Origin: an uncultured delta proteobacterium
GTDB lineage: Bacteria; Myxococcota_A; UBA9160; UBA4427
Length of the DNA: 64,000 nucleotides
Direction of reading: 5' to 3'
NCBI GenBank assembly: GCA_963822965.1
Contig: CAWGJT010000010.1
Location: 736,001-800,000 of the forward strand
Shown here: positions 11,364 to 20,416 of the stretch, one piece after another
Layout: the number at the start of each line of letters is the position of its first letter
Position numbering within the stretch: position 1 is the first letter of the stretch
Notes under the pieces: generated by a model
What the model saw: only the letters and a program-made list of their open reading frames with translations
Told to the model about the DNA's origin: nothing
The model's database searches: none
Program-made: the position numbers and the translations under genes

Positions 11364-12554
11364 ATGGACGCGCGCTTCAGCGAAGAGGACGAGGCCTTCC
11401 GCCGCGAGATCGCCGGCTGGCTCGAGGAGCACCTGTCCGGCGAGTTCGAGGTCGGTGCGCGGCCGCGGCGGGACCCGGCGACGAGCACGCGCTCTTCGAG
11501 GAGCGCCACGCCTGGGAGCGCCGGCTCGGGCGAGCACGGCTGGATCGGCATCGGCTGGCCGAAGGCGGTGGGCGGTCGCGGACCTGAGCCTCTCCCAGCA
11601 GGTGATCTTCTACGAGGAGTACGCCCGGGCCGGCGGGCCCGGGCGGGTCGGCCACATCGGCGAGGGGCTGCTCGGCGCCCACGCTGATCCACTTCGGCAC
11701 GGCCGCTGCAGAAGGAGCGCTTCCTGCCGGGCATCCGCAGCGGGGACGAGATCTGGTGCCAGGGCTACTCGGAGCCGAACGCCGGCTCCGACCTCGCCAA
11801 CGTGCAGACCCGGGCGCGAGCTCGACGGCGACGAGTGGGTCGATCGCACGGGCAGAAGGTGTGGACCTCGGGTGCGGCGAACGCCGACTGGTGCTTCGTG
11901 CTGTGCCGCACGAACCCGGACGCGCCGAAGCACAAGGGACTCTCGTACCTGCTCGTCCCCATGCGCCAGCCGGGCGTCGAGGTGCGGCCGATCGTGCAGA
12001 TCACGGGCGACTCGGAGTTCAGCGAGGTGTTCTTCGACGGCGCGCGCACGGCCGCCGAGAACGTGGTGGGCGAGCCCGGCGCCGGCTGGAAGGTGGCGAT
12101 GGGAACCCTGGCCTTCGAGCGGGGCGCTTCGACCCTGGGCCAGCAGATGGCGTTCCAGAACGAGCTCGAGCAGGTGATCGCCGCGTCGCGAGGCGAACGG
12201 CCGGGCGCGAGACCCGCTGATCCGCCAGCGCATCGCCAAGGCCTGGATGGGGCTGCGCATCCAGCGCTACCACGCGCTGCGCACGCTCTCCCAGTCGACC
12301 GGCGGCGAGCTCTCCCGGGCCGGCATGATCGGCAAGATCTACTGGGCCAGCTGGCACCGCGATCTCGGCAAGCTGGCGATGGACGTGCTGGGGCCGCGCT
12401 CCGAGGTCGTGGAGGCCGCGCCCTACGAGCTGACGCGCCCTGCAGCGCATGTACCTCTTCACCCGCTCGGACACGATCTACGCCGGCTCGAACCAGATCC
12501 AGCGCAACATCATCGCCGAGCGCGCCCTCGGTCTGCCCCGCGAGCGCACGATGA
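11364..12554 (+). CDS. fadE30: Acyl-CoA dehydrogenase FadE30/IpdE1-like (frameshifted)
   Basis: FYEEYARAGGPGRVGHIGEGLLG, WCQGYSEPNAGSD, GQKVWTS, TIYAGSNQIQRNIIAERALGLPR. Confidence 0.8.
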
Positions 12555-13341
12555 CGATCGCCCCGCCGCCGTACCCCGAAGGCCACGCAGCTGCTGGCCG
12601 GCAAGACGGTGCTCGTCACCGCGGCCGCCGGCAGCGGCATCGGGTTCGCCACCGCGAAGCGCTGCCTGGAAGAGGGCGCGCGCGTGATGATCAGCGACAT
12701 CCACGAGCGCCGGCTGGGCGAGGCGGCGACCGGCCTCGAGCAAGCTCGCGGGCGAAGGCCGATCCCGTCCCGCCTGTGCAACGTGACCCCGAGGAGGACG
12801 TGCGCGGGCTCGTCGCGGCTGCCGTCGCCGAGCTGGGGCGGATCGACGTCGCTGGTGAACAACGCCGGCCTCGGCGGCACCGCGAACGTGGTCGACATGA
12901 CCGACGAGCAGTGGGACGCCGTGCTCGGCGTCACCCTCACCGGCACCTTCCGCATGACCCGTGCCGTACTGCCCCACATGATCGAGCGGGGCAGCCGGCT
13001 GCATCGTCAACAACGCCTCGGTTCTCGGCTGGCGCGCCCAGCCGGGCCAGGCCCACTACGCCGCCGCCAAGGCGGGCGTGATGGCGCTGACCCGCTGCTC
13101 GGCGATGGAGGCCGCCGGCGCACGGCGTCCGCATCAACGCGGTCTCGCCCAGCCTGGCCACCCACGAGTTCCTCGCGCAAGGTGACGCAGCGAGGAGCTG
13201 CTCGAGGAGCTCGCGGCCCGGGAGGCCTTCGGTCGCGGCGCGGAGCCCTGGGAGGTCGCCAACGTGATCGTCTTCCTGGCGAGCGACTACGCGAGCTACA
13301 TGACGGGCGAGTGCGTGTCGGTCAGCAGCCAGCGCGCGTAG
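12551..13341 (+). CDS. ipdF: SDR oxidoreductase IpdF-like (frameshifted)
   Basis: LVTAAAGSGIG (characteristic of this family), NNAGLGG, HYAAAK, YMTGECVSVSSQRA; ATGA overlap with fadE30. Confidence 0.8.
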
Positions 13342-13474
13342 ACCGGGACGCGTCAGGCCGCGGATCGCGGCACGGACCGAGCAAGACGCAGCGATTCGGC
13401 GGGCATTGGGAGCTGCGCCCTGATCCGCATGACGGATCGGGCTAGACTGCGCGCGGGTTTGGGGGGAGGGATCG

Positions 13475-13864
13475 ATGACCGGCTTCCTGATACGCCTGGG
13501 CATCAACGTGCTCGGGCTCTGGCTCGCGAGTCGCATCGTCCCCGGCATGGAGATCCACGGGACCGGCACCTTCGTGGCCGCCGCCTTCCTGCTGGGGATC
13601 GTGAACGCCCTCGTGCGTCCCCTGGCCGTCGTGCTCACGCTCCCCGTGACCCTCGTGACCCTGGGCCTCTTCCTGCTCGTCGTCAACGCGGCGATGCTCG
13701 GGCTCGTCGCCTGGCTGCTCGAGGGCTTCCGGCTGAGCGGCTTCGGCGCCGCGCTGCTCGGCTCGATCGTGGTGGGCGTGACCGGCTGGGTCACGTCCCT
13801 GTACGTGGGACCCCGCGGCCGCTGGGAGATCCTGGTGGTGGAGCGCAGGAGCGGCCGCGAGTGA
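13475..13864 (+). CDS. 4-TM membrane protein, YvlD/'phage holin 4' family
   Basis: GIVNALVRP...LTLPVTLVTLGLFLLVVNA family motif. Confidence 0.85.
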   Translation: MTGFLIRLGINVLGLWLASRIVPGMEIHGTGTFVAAAFLLGIVNALVRPLAVVLTLPVTLVTLGLFLLVVNAAMLGLVAWLLEGFRLSGFGAALLGSIVVGVTGWVTSLYVGPRGRWEILVVERRSGRE

Positions 13865-15090
13865 GCCCGAAGCTCGCGCGCGTGCTGCTGCTGGTGGTCT
13901 CCCTCGTGGTCTCGATCACGGCCATGGAATGGGTGCTGCGGCTCGCGCGCTACGGCTCGCTGGACGCCCTGTCGGGCGAGCACGTCCTGCGCGGTCCGCA
14001 TCCCACCCGCGGCTGGACGCTGATCCCGGGCCAGGAGGCGTACCAGCGCAGCCGGGACTACGCGGTGCTGGTGAAGATCAACGAGAAGGGGCTGCGCGAT
14101 CGCCCCCACGAGTACGAGCCCGCGCCGGGCGTCTTCCGAATCGTCGTGCTGGGCGACTCCTTCATGGAGGCGTACCAGGTGCCGCTGGAGGAGTCGCTGC
14201 CCTTCCGGCTCCAGGAGGAGCTCCAGGACCGCCACGTCGAGAGCGTGAACCTCGGCATCGGTGGATACGGCACCGCCCAGGAGGTGCTGTACCTGGAGGA
14301 GGAGGGGCTGCGCTACCGGCCCGACCTGGTGCTACTGGCGTTCTTCACGGGCAACGACATCCAGAACAACTCGGAGCCCCTGCAGGCCGAGCTCTTCGGC
14401 GCGGACGACGTCAAGGCGTACGCGCGGCCGTACGCGCACGCGACCAGCCTGACGGGACCGCTCGAGTGGACGCCCCCGGACTATGCGCGCATGCTGCGCG
14501 AAGCGGAGGCGAAGCAGCGCGAGCGCGCCTCGCCGATCCATCGCGCGTTCCGCTTCGTGCAGCCCGTGGTCCTCGCGAACCTCGTGGGGCAGGCCTGGGC
14601 CCGGACGGCGGCGCGGCTGGGCGCTCCGCCCGCTCCGCCCGCCGCCCACTTCGGCTGGCCCTTTCTCGAGGGCTACCAGAGCGAGATCTGGGACGAGGCC
14701 TGGCTCGACACCCGGCGACTGATGCTCGAGGGGCAGCGCGTGGCCCGGGACGCGGGGGCTGCCTACGTGATCGCCGTCGTGCCGGCGAAGGTGCAGGTGG
14801 ACCCGGCGTTCCGGGAGCTGGCCAAGGCCCAGTACCAGGGCGTGAAGTTCGACGAGACCCGGGTGAACCGGGCGCTGCGGAAGTTCTGCGCCGAGCACGA
14901 CATTCCGCTCTTCGATCCGACCGCCACGTTCGCCCGACACATCGCCGCGGGCGAGCCGCTCTACTACCACCTCGAGGACCACCACTGGAACGCCGCCGGC
15001 CATGCGCTGGCCACCGAAGAGCTGATCCGATTCCTCGACGGGGAGGGCCTGCTGCCGCGGCCGCCGCCTGCCGGCGCCTCAGGCCCCTGA
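13861..15090 (+). CDS. Membrane-anchored SGNH/GDSL hydrolase-like protein (AlgJ/AlgX-like)
   Basis: N-terminal TM; LGDSF, NLGIGGYG, GND, DHHWN blocks; GTGA overlap. Confidence 0.8.
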   Translation: MSPKLARVLLLVVSLVVSITAMEWVLRLARYGSLDALSGEHVLRGPHPTRGWTLIPGQEAYQRSRDYAVLVKINEKGLRDRPHEYEPAPGVFRIVVLGDSFMEAYQVPLEESLPFRLQEELQDRHVESVNLGIGGYGTAQEVLYLEEEGLRYRPDLVLLAFFTGNDIQNNSEPLQAELFGADDVKAYARPYAHATSLTGPLEWTPPDYARMLREAEAKQRERASPIHRAFRFVQPVVLANLVGQAWARTAARLGAPPAPPAAHFGWPFLEGYQSEIWDEAWLDTRRLMLEGQRVARDAGAAYVIAVVPAKVQVDPAFRELAKAQYQGVKFDETRVNRALRKFCAEHDIPLFDPTATFARHIAAGEPLYYHLEDHHWNAAGHALATEELIRFLDGEGLLPRPPPAGASGP

Positions 15091-15990
15091 GCCCTCGGCC
15101 GGCGACGCCTGCCAGGGGAGCGACGGCGTCAGCTCCTTGCCCATCCACCATACGAGCGCCGGATCCGCGAGCCAGCGCTGCTCCAGGATGCGGGCGTACT
15201 GACGGACGATCGCGTCGACCCGTTCCGCACGGGACTCCTGGGGATCGCCGCTCGACAGCGGCGGGAGGAACTCGATGGTCACGCGGCCGCCGGGGCCGGG
15301 CGCCGCGAACACCGGCACCATCGGCGCCCCCGTGACCAGCGCGAGGGTGGCGAAGCCCTGGGGAAAGCCCGCCTGGGCGGCGAGGAAGGGAGCACGGATG
15401 CGCTCGCCGTAGGGGCCGTCGCCGCTGATCAGCACGTTCCCGCCGCGCTTCAGCCGCTCTCGCGCCATCAGCAGGGGTCGCACGGAATCGCTTCCCGTCA
15501 GGGGGATGAGGTCGAGGTTCTTCACCAGCCCGTCCCGGGCCTGCTGGCGGAACTTCAGGACCGCCGCGTTCCGGAGTCCCAGGCGGTTGAGGGCGACGGA
15601 GATGCTGTGGGCGGCGCCGTAGTGGGAGTGCACCAGGATCACGCCGCGGCCTCCGGTCTCGGCCTTCTCGAAGTGCTCCCGGCCCACGAGCGAGACGCAT
15701 CGGCGGACGGTCGACTCGCGGCACGTGTCGAGGGCGTTGAGCCGCCAGCTCTGGGCGACGCGGCACGCGAAGAAGCGCTTCCAAGCCCGGGTGTCCGGCT
15801 TCTCACCGCCGGCGACGAAGGGATGGGAAGGCAGCTTCCGCGCCACGGTCTCGATCAGCCGCCTCCGCACGCGGGGGATCGACCAGCTGGCCTCGAGGCC
15901 CCGGCACAGGAGCCGGTAGGGCGGGATCGCCCGCAGCCCGAAGCGGCGCACGGAGGCGTCGATCCTTCTCACGCGGCCGAGTGTCTTCAT
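15079..15990 (-). CDS. Lysophospholipid / lipid A-type (HtrB/MsbB-like) acyltransferase
   Basis: GRGVILVHSHYG, LKRGGNVLISGD, APFL...FPQGFATLALVTGAPMVPVF, C-terminal P..VWW. Confidence 0.75.
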   Translation of the reverse strand: MKTLGRVRRIDASVRRFGLRAIPPYRLLCRGLEASWSIPRVRRRLIETVARKLPSHPFVAGGEKPDTRAWKRFFACRVAQSWRLNALDTCRESTVRRCVSLVGREHFEKAETGGRGVILVHSHYGAAHSISVALNRLGLRNAAVLKFRQQARDGLVKNLDLIPLTGSDSVRPLLMARERLKRGGNVLISGDGPYGERIRAPFLAAQAGFPQGFATLALVTGAPMVPVFAAPGPGGRVTIEFLPPLSSGDPQESRAERVDAIVRQYARILEQRWLADPALVWWMGKELTPSLPWQASPAEGSGA

Positions 15991-16006
15991 CGGTCGTCCA
16001 TGGACC

Positions 16007-16264
16007 TCACGAGATTCGCGTCTGCACGTAGCGGGCGAGCGCGCGGATGCTCTGGAAGTCGTCCTCGCTGGTGCCGGCGATGTCGAAGTCGACCCCGAAG
16101 GTCTCCTCGATCCCCACGACCACGTCGAGGATCGCGGCGCTGTCCAGCCCCAGGTCGTCCATCAGGTGCGAGTCTGCAGACAGCTCCGAAGGATCCATCT
16201 GCAGCTCGAGACGTTCCGTCACGATCTTCGTGATCTCGGCGACCAGCTGTTCGAGCGATGCCAT
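16007..16264 (-). CDS. Acyl/aryl carrier protein
   Basis: 85 aa, acidic; DDLGLDS phosphopantetheine site; IEETFGV. Confidence 0.92.
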   Translation of the reverse strand: MASLEQLVAEITKIVTERLELQMDPSELSADSHLMDDLGLDSAAILDVVVGIEETFGVDFDIAGTSEDDFQSIRALARYVQTRIS

Positions 16265-16274
16265 GCGGGCGCCC

Positions 16275-17558
16275 TCAGAGGGGGATGTCGCTCAGGGCGG
16301 ACTGCATCACGTGCCCCGGCGACGCTTCGATGCGACGAATGTCCTGTCGCAGGCGCTCCAGGACGGTGATCTCGTCCGCTTCATAGACGTTTCCCTGCAG
16401 CAGACGCACCAGCTCGTCCCGGTAGTGGGGCTTGCGCAGGTAGTAGGTGAACAGGCCCTGGAGCTTGTAGTAGATCTTGATGAAGTCGTACCAGATCCGG
16501 ATGCCGGAGCGCATGCGCGCCGTGTAGGAGGCCAGGGCCTCGCTCTCGGACTTCTGGCCGGAGAGCGCGGCCACGAGCTCCTCCGTGGCGAACTTGGCGC
16601 TGTAGATCGCCACCGACACGCCGGACGAGAAGATGGGATCCACGAAGCGGGCGGCGTCTCCCACGAGCAGGTAGCCCGGACCCGCGAGCTCGCGCATGGA
16701 GTAGGAGTAGTTCCCCTCGGTGCGGAGCTCGGAGATCCGCGTGGCGGCCTCGAGCCGATGTGCGAGCTCGGGGTTTGTGGCCAGGTGGCGCGCGTAGTGG
16801 GCCTCCACGTCGCGCCCGCCCCGGCGGAGCTCGGCGCGCTCCGTCACGACCCCGATCGAGGTGGTCTCGTCGTCGATCGGGATCTGCCAGACCCAGCCGC
16901 GCTCGCAGGGCAGGAAGTGGATGTGGATGTAGCCCGCGGTCTCGTCGGCGCCGCGCTCGACGTTCTTCCAGTACCCGTAGACCGCGTACTGGTCGAAGAG
17001 CGGATCGGTCACCTTCAGGTGGAACTTCGAGCCCAGGAAGGTGCTCCGGCCCGTCGCGTCGATCACGTAGCGCGCCTTCACGGTGCGGGTGCGGCCGTTC
17101 TGCTGGACGCGCACGCCGGTGACCCGTCCGTCCTCCTGCAGGACGGCGGTCGCCAGCGCGTCCTGCTCGACCCGGGAGCCGAGGGACGCGGCGTGGTCGA
17201 GGAGCATCTCGTCGAAGCGGGCACGGTCCACGTGGAAGGTGTAGTCGAGACCGCCGAAGGCCTTGTCGGGGATCACCCGGATCGACTGGGCGCCGGTGCC
17301 GGACTTGGGAACCCAGACCGCGCCCTGCTTCTTCGGAAAGCCCGCCGCATCGAGCTTCGGGAGGAACCCGATCTCGTGGAACACGCGGTTGGTGGCCCCC
17401 ACGAGCGATTCGCCCACGTGGTGCCTCGGAAACCGGGCCCGCTCGAAGACGATGTGGTCCACCCCCGCGCGGGCCAGGTACGCGGCGGCGGTTGCGCCGG
17501 CAGGGCCGCCGCCGAGCACGGCGACGGTCGTCTCTTCCTCGCGGTTCCGGGGGCTCAG
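16275..17558 (-). CDS. Flavin-dependent halogenase (carrier-protein-dependent type)
   Basis: GGGPAG, FPRHHVGESL, FPKKQGA (position of the catalytic Lys), WVWQIP (WxWxIP), GDAARFVDPIFSSGV; in-frame CTG at 17558 after GAGGAG (ORF track starts at 17519). Confidence 0.8.
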   Translation of the reverse strand: MSPRNREEETTVAVLGGGPAGATAAAYLARAGVDHIVFERARFPRHHVGESLVGATNRVFHEIGFLPKLDAAGFPKKQGAVWVPKSGTGAQSIRVIPDKAFGGLDYTFHVDRARFDEMLLDHAASLGSRVEQDALATAVLQEDGRVTGVRVQQNGRTRTVKARYVIDATGRSTFLGSKFHLKVTDPLFDQYAVYGYWKNVERGADETAGYIHIHFLPCERGWVWQIPIDDETTSIGVVTERAELRRGGRDVEAHYARHLATNPELAHRLEAATRISELRTEGNYSYSMRELAGPGYLLVGDAARFVDPIFSSGVSVAIYSAKFATEELVAALSGQKSESEALASYTARMRSGIRIWYDFIKIYYKLQGLFTYYLRKPHYRDELVRLLQGNVYEADEITVLERLRQDIRRIEASPGHVMQSALSDIPL

Positions 17559-18037
17559 GGTGTGCTCCTCTCTCGTTCTCGTTCTCGCTTGCGTTCGGGG
17601 TAGAGCTCCGACGGGAACTCCTCGTGGATATGATAGGCGAAGCCCTCGCCCTCGAGTCGATAGGTGCGCATGAAGACCTCGCCGCGCTCGCCGGCCGACT
17701 CGAGCAGGAAGAAGGTATCGCGCCGCAGGAGCTGGGCGATGCGTCCCAGGCCGATCCGCTGCTCGGTCACCATCTTGAGGACGTCGTCGTCGGAGACGAC
17801 GACCCGGCTCCGGGCCCGGCAGACGACGGTACCGCGCTCGCGCAGGACCAGGCTCACCTGGCGGTCGAAGACCGGGCCATCCTGGCTCTGGGCGACCATC
17901 GCGACGTCGACGGGCTCCCCGAAGTACGCCGCCAGGGTTCCCTGCAGGGTGCCGGGAGTCGCCAGCAGGACCCGGCGCATGGGATCGAAGTCGCGCAGCA
18001 GGCGGAGCATCTCTTCGAGGGCGAGCACCTCCGTCAT
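17555..18037 (-). CDS. Chorismate pyruvate-lyase-like protein (UbiC/DUF98/Rv2949c-like)
   Basis: RVLLATPGTLQGTL, RQVSL, IGLGRI, RTYRL, IHEEFP pattern; ATGA overlap with the ligase; family call from remembered motifs. Confidence 0.65.
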   Translation of the reverse strand: MTEVLALEEMLRLLRDFDPMRRVLLATPGTLQGTLAAYFGEPVDVAMVAQSQDGPVFDRQVSLVLRERGTVVCRARSRVVVSDDDVLKMVTEQRIGLGRIAQLLRRDTFFLLESAGERGEVFMRTYRLEGEGFAYHIHEEFPSELYPERKRERERERSTP

Positions 18038-19536
18038 GCCTCGTTCTCCTGGAAGCGGTCGACGAGCTGGGAGCGCCGGATCTTGCCCGCCGCCGAGCGC
18101 GGGATCCGAGGTCGCAGCTCGACGATTCGGGGCACCTTGTGCTCGGCCATCTGCTCCCGGCACAGGGCCACGATCTGCCGGCGCAGCAGACGTGGGTCGG
18201 GTGGTGCGGCGTCCCCGACGGCGGCCACGAGCTTCACCAGCTCGTGGCCGGTGCGCGAGGGAACCCCCAGCGCGACCGCCTCGAGAACGGCGTCGTGGCT
18301 CGCCGCGCAGCGCTCCACCTCCGTCGGATCCACCTTTCCGGCCGGCGTGTCGATGAAGAGCTTGATGCGCCCGCGCAGGAAGAGCAGCCCGTCGGCCCGA
18401 AGCTCGCCGACGTCACCGGTGCGGAACCAGCCGTCTACGAAGGTGCGCCGGTTGACCTCGTCGAGACCCGCGTAGCCCACGCCGGCGGCCGGGCTCCGCA
18501 GTGCGATCTGTCCCACCACGCCTGCGGGTGCGGGACGACCCGCTTCGTCGAGGATCGCGATCTCGACCCCCCGGATCGGTCGCCCGACGCTCCCCCGGCT
18601 GTCCGGGTCCTCGGGCCTGAAGTTGGCGCTGACCGAGCCCGCCTCCGTGCAGCCGTAGAGCTGCCCCACGGCGAGGCCGAAGCGCTCCCGGAACGCGTCG
18701 AAGGTGTCCTCTGCCAGGGGCGATCCCGCCGTGAAGCAGAGCCGCAGGGACGACAGATCGGCCTGTCCGGGCGCGCTCGCCAGCGCCTGCAGATGGAACG
18801 GCACCGCCGGCATCACGCTCACGCGCTCGCGCGCGATCGTGTCGAGCACCTCCCGTCGCTCGAAGCGGTCGAGCAGCACGAGCCGCGCGCCCGATCGGAT
18901 GGCGGCGAGCAGGGCGTTGCCCAGGCCGTGGGCGTGGTACAGGGGGGCCAGGCCGAGGATGACGTCGTCCTCGGCGATGCCGGCGGTTGCGGTGAAGTTG
19001 TCGGCCTCCTTCACCAGGTTGCCCTGGGTCCGGGCGATGCGCTTCGGAACGCCCGTCGTGCCCGACGAGAAGCCGTAGAGGGCCGGTGCGGAGGCGGCCA
19101 CCGGCTCCCGCGGCGCGGCCGCGACGGAGACCGGCGGGAGCTTGGCCTCCGGGTCGCTCACGAAGACCGTTGCCGGGCGGGTTCGCGCGGCGGCCAGCTC
19201 GGTGCAGACCCCGGCGAGCGAAGGGGTGCAGAAGAAGGCCGCCGCGTCGCATCCGGCCAGGCAGACCTCCAGCTCCCGCCGGCGCGACTGGGGGGGCAGG
19301 GGAATCGCGACCGCCCCGAGGGAGGCGGCTGCCAGGAAGGTGACCACGAAGTCCGGATGATTGGGCAGCACGAGGGCCACGCCGTCGCCCGGCCGGACCC
19401 CGCTTCGGGACAGCTCGTCTGCCCGCGCGCGCACGGCGCCGACGAGGTCGCCTCGCGTGATGGATCGTCCGCGCCAGCGGAGCGCGACGCGATCCGGCTC
19501 TCGTTCTGCGGTTCTCTCGAGCAGCTGGGTCAACAC
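18034..19536 (-). CDS. Adenylate-forming acyl/aryl-CoA or -ACP ligase
   Basis: FSSGTTGVPK, YGCTE, FRTGD, LRGRIK, PRSAAGK. Confidence 0.9.
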   Translation of the reverse strand: MLTQLLERTAEREPDRVALRWRGRSITRGDLVGAVRARADELSRSGVRPGDGVALVLPNHPDFVVTFLAAASLGAVAIPLPPQSRRRELEVCLAGCDAAAFFCTPSLAGVCTELAAARTRPATVFVSDPEAKLPPVSVAAAPREPVAASAPALYGFSSGTTGVPKRIARTQGNLVKEADNFTATAGIAEDDVILGLAPLYHAHGLGNALLAAIRSGARLVLLDRFERREVLDTIARERVSVMPAVPFHLQALASAPGQADLSSLRLCFTAGSPLAEDTFDAFRERFGLAVGQLYGCTEAGSVSANFRPEDPDSRGSVGRPIRGVEIAILDEAGRPAPAGVVGQIALRSPAAGVGYAGLDEVNRRTFVDGWFRTGDVGELRADGLLFLRGRIKLFIDTPAGKVDPTEVERCAASHDAVLEAVALGVPSRTGHELVKLVAAVGDAAPPDPRLLRRQIVALCREQMAEHKVPRIVELRPRIPRSAAGKIRRSQLVDRFQENEA

Positions 19537-19555
19537 CTTGCAACGTGCCTCGGGG

Positions 19556-20278
19556 CTACTTGATCGCCAGGAATCCCTCGAAACAGATCCACTTCATGAT
19601 CGTCATCGTGTCGACGAAGCCCGCCCGCTTGAGCAGGTCCAGGTTGCCCTGGGTGGAGAAGGGCTCGAGCACGCCCTTCAGGCTGCGCTGCTTGTGGAGG
19701 ATTTCGGCCTCGGTGAAGTGACGGTTCAGCTTGTACTCCTGGTAGACCTGGCCGGCGATGTCCTGGAAGCGCGCGTCGGGGGCCCGGACCTTCTCGAAGA
19801 GCACCAGGGCTCCCCCCCACTCCAGGCTCTCGTAGATGCGGTCGAAGACCGCCTGCCGGGAGCGCGGGTGCACGAACTGCATCGTGTAGTAGGAGAGGAT
19901 CATGCTCGACGGCTCGAAGGCATGGTCCGCGAGGTCGGCGTTCACGAACTGGACGCGCGGGTCGTCGCACGCCTGTGCGGCCTTGTCGAGCATGGTCTGC
20001 TCGTGGTCGATGGCGACGTACTGGAGCTGGCTGCGCTGCGCGTTGTGGGCGAGGAACTTCCGGGTGAGGACGCCGGTGGAGGCTCCGAGCTCGGTGACCA
20101 TGGACGCGTCGTGGAGGAAGAAGTCGCTGAGCTGGCAGATGAGATCGTGTCCCTCGTTGTAGAGGGGGACCGACTTCTCCACGTGCGCATCGAAATCGTC
20201 GGCGACGTTCGCGAAGCTCCAGCCGGCGTTGGTCGCCTGGATGTTGGTGCCGACCTCGAACCGATCGTCCTTCTTCAC
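19556..20278 (-). CDS. CmoA-like SAM-dependent enzyme
   Basis: WSF..VADDFDAHVEKSVPLY, ELGASTG, YTMQFV, VLFEK, SLKGVL, C-terminal F.GFLAIK resemble the CmoA family. Confidence 0.75.
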   Translation of the reverse strand: MKKDDRFEVGTNIQATNAGWSFANVADDFDAHVEKSVPLYNEGHDLICQLSDFFLHDASMVTELGASTGVLTRKFLAHNAQRSQLQYVAIDHEQTMLDKAAQACDDPRVQFVNADLADHAFEPSSMILSYYTMQFVHPRSRQAVFDRIYESLEWGGALVLFEKVRAPDARFQDIAGQVYQEYKLNRHFTEAEILHKQRSLKGVLEPFSTQGNLDLLKRAGFVDTMTIMKWICFEGFLAIK

Positions 20279-20416
20279 GGCTCCCCCCTCTCTTCCTGCG
20301 GCTTCCTTCGCCTCGCTTCGGCCTCCTGGCTTCCCGGGTCCCGCCCGCCCCCCGTGCCAGTTTTGCGGGATCCGATGCGGGTTTCAAGCGTGGCGCGCTC
20401 GCCCTGGCCAGCCCGG

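Noticed and set aside
13475..13864. Prophage suggested by the 'phage holin' family protein
   Set aside because: The family is common in non-phage contexts; no endolysin, structural or integrase genes nearby
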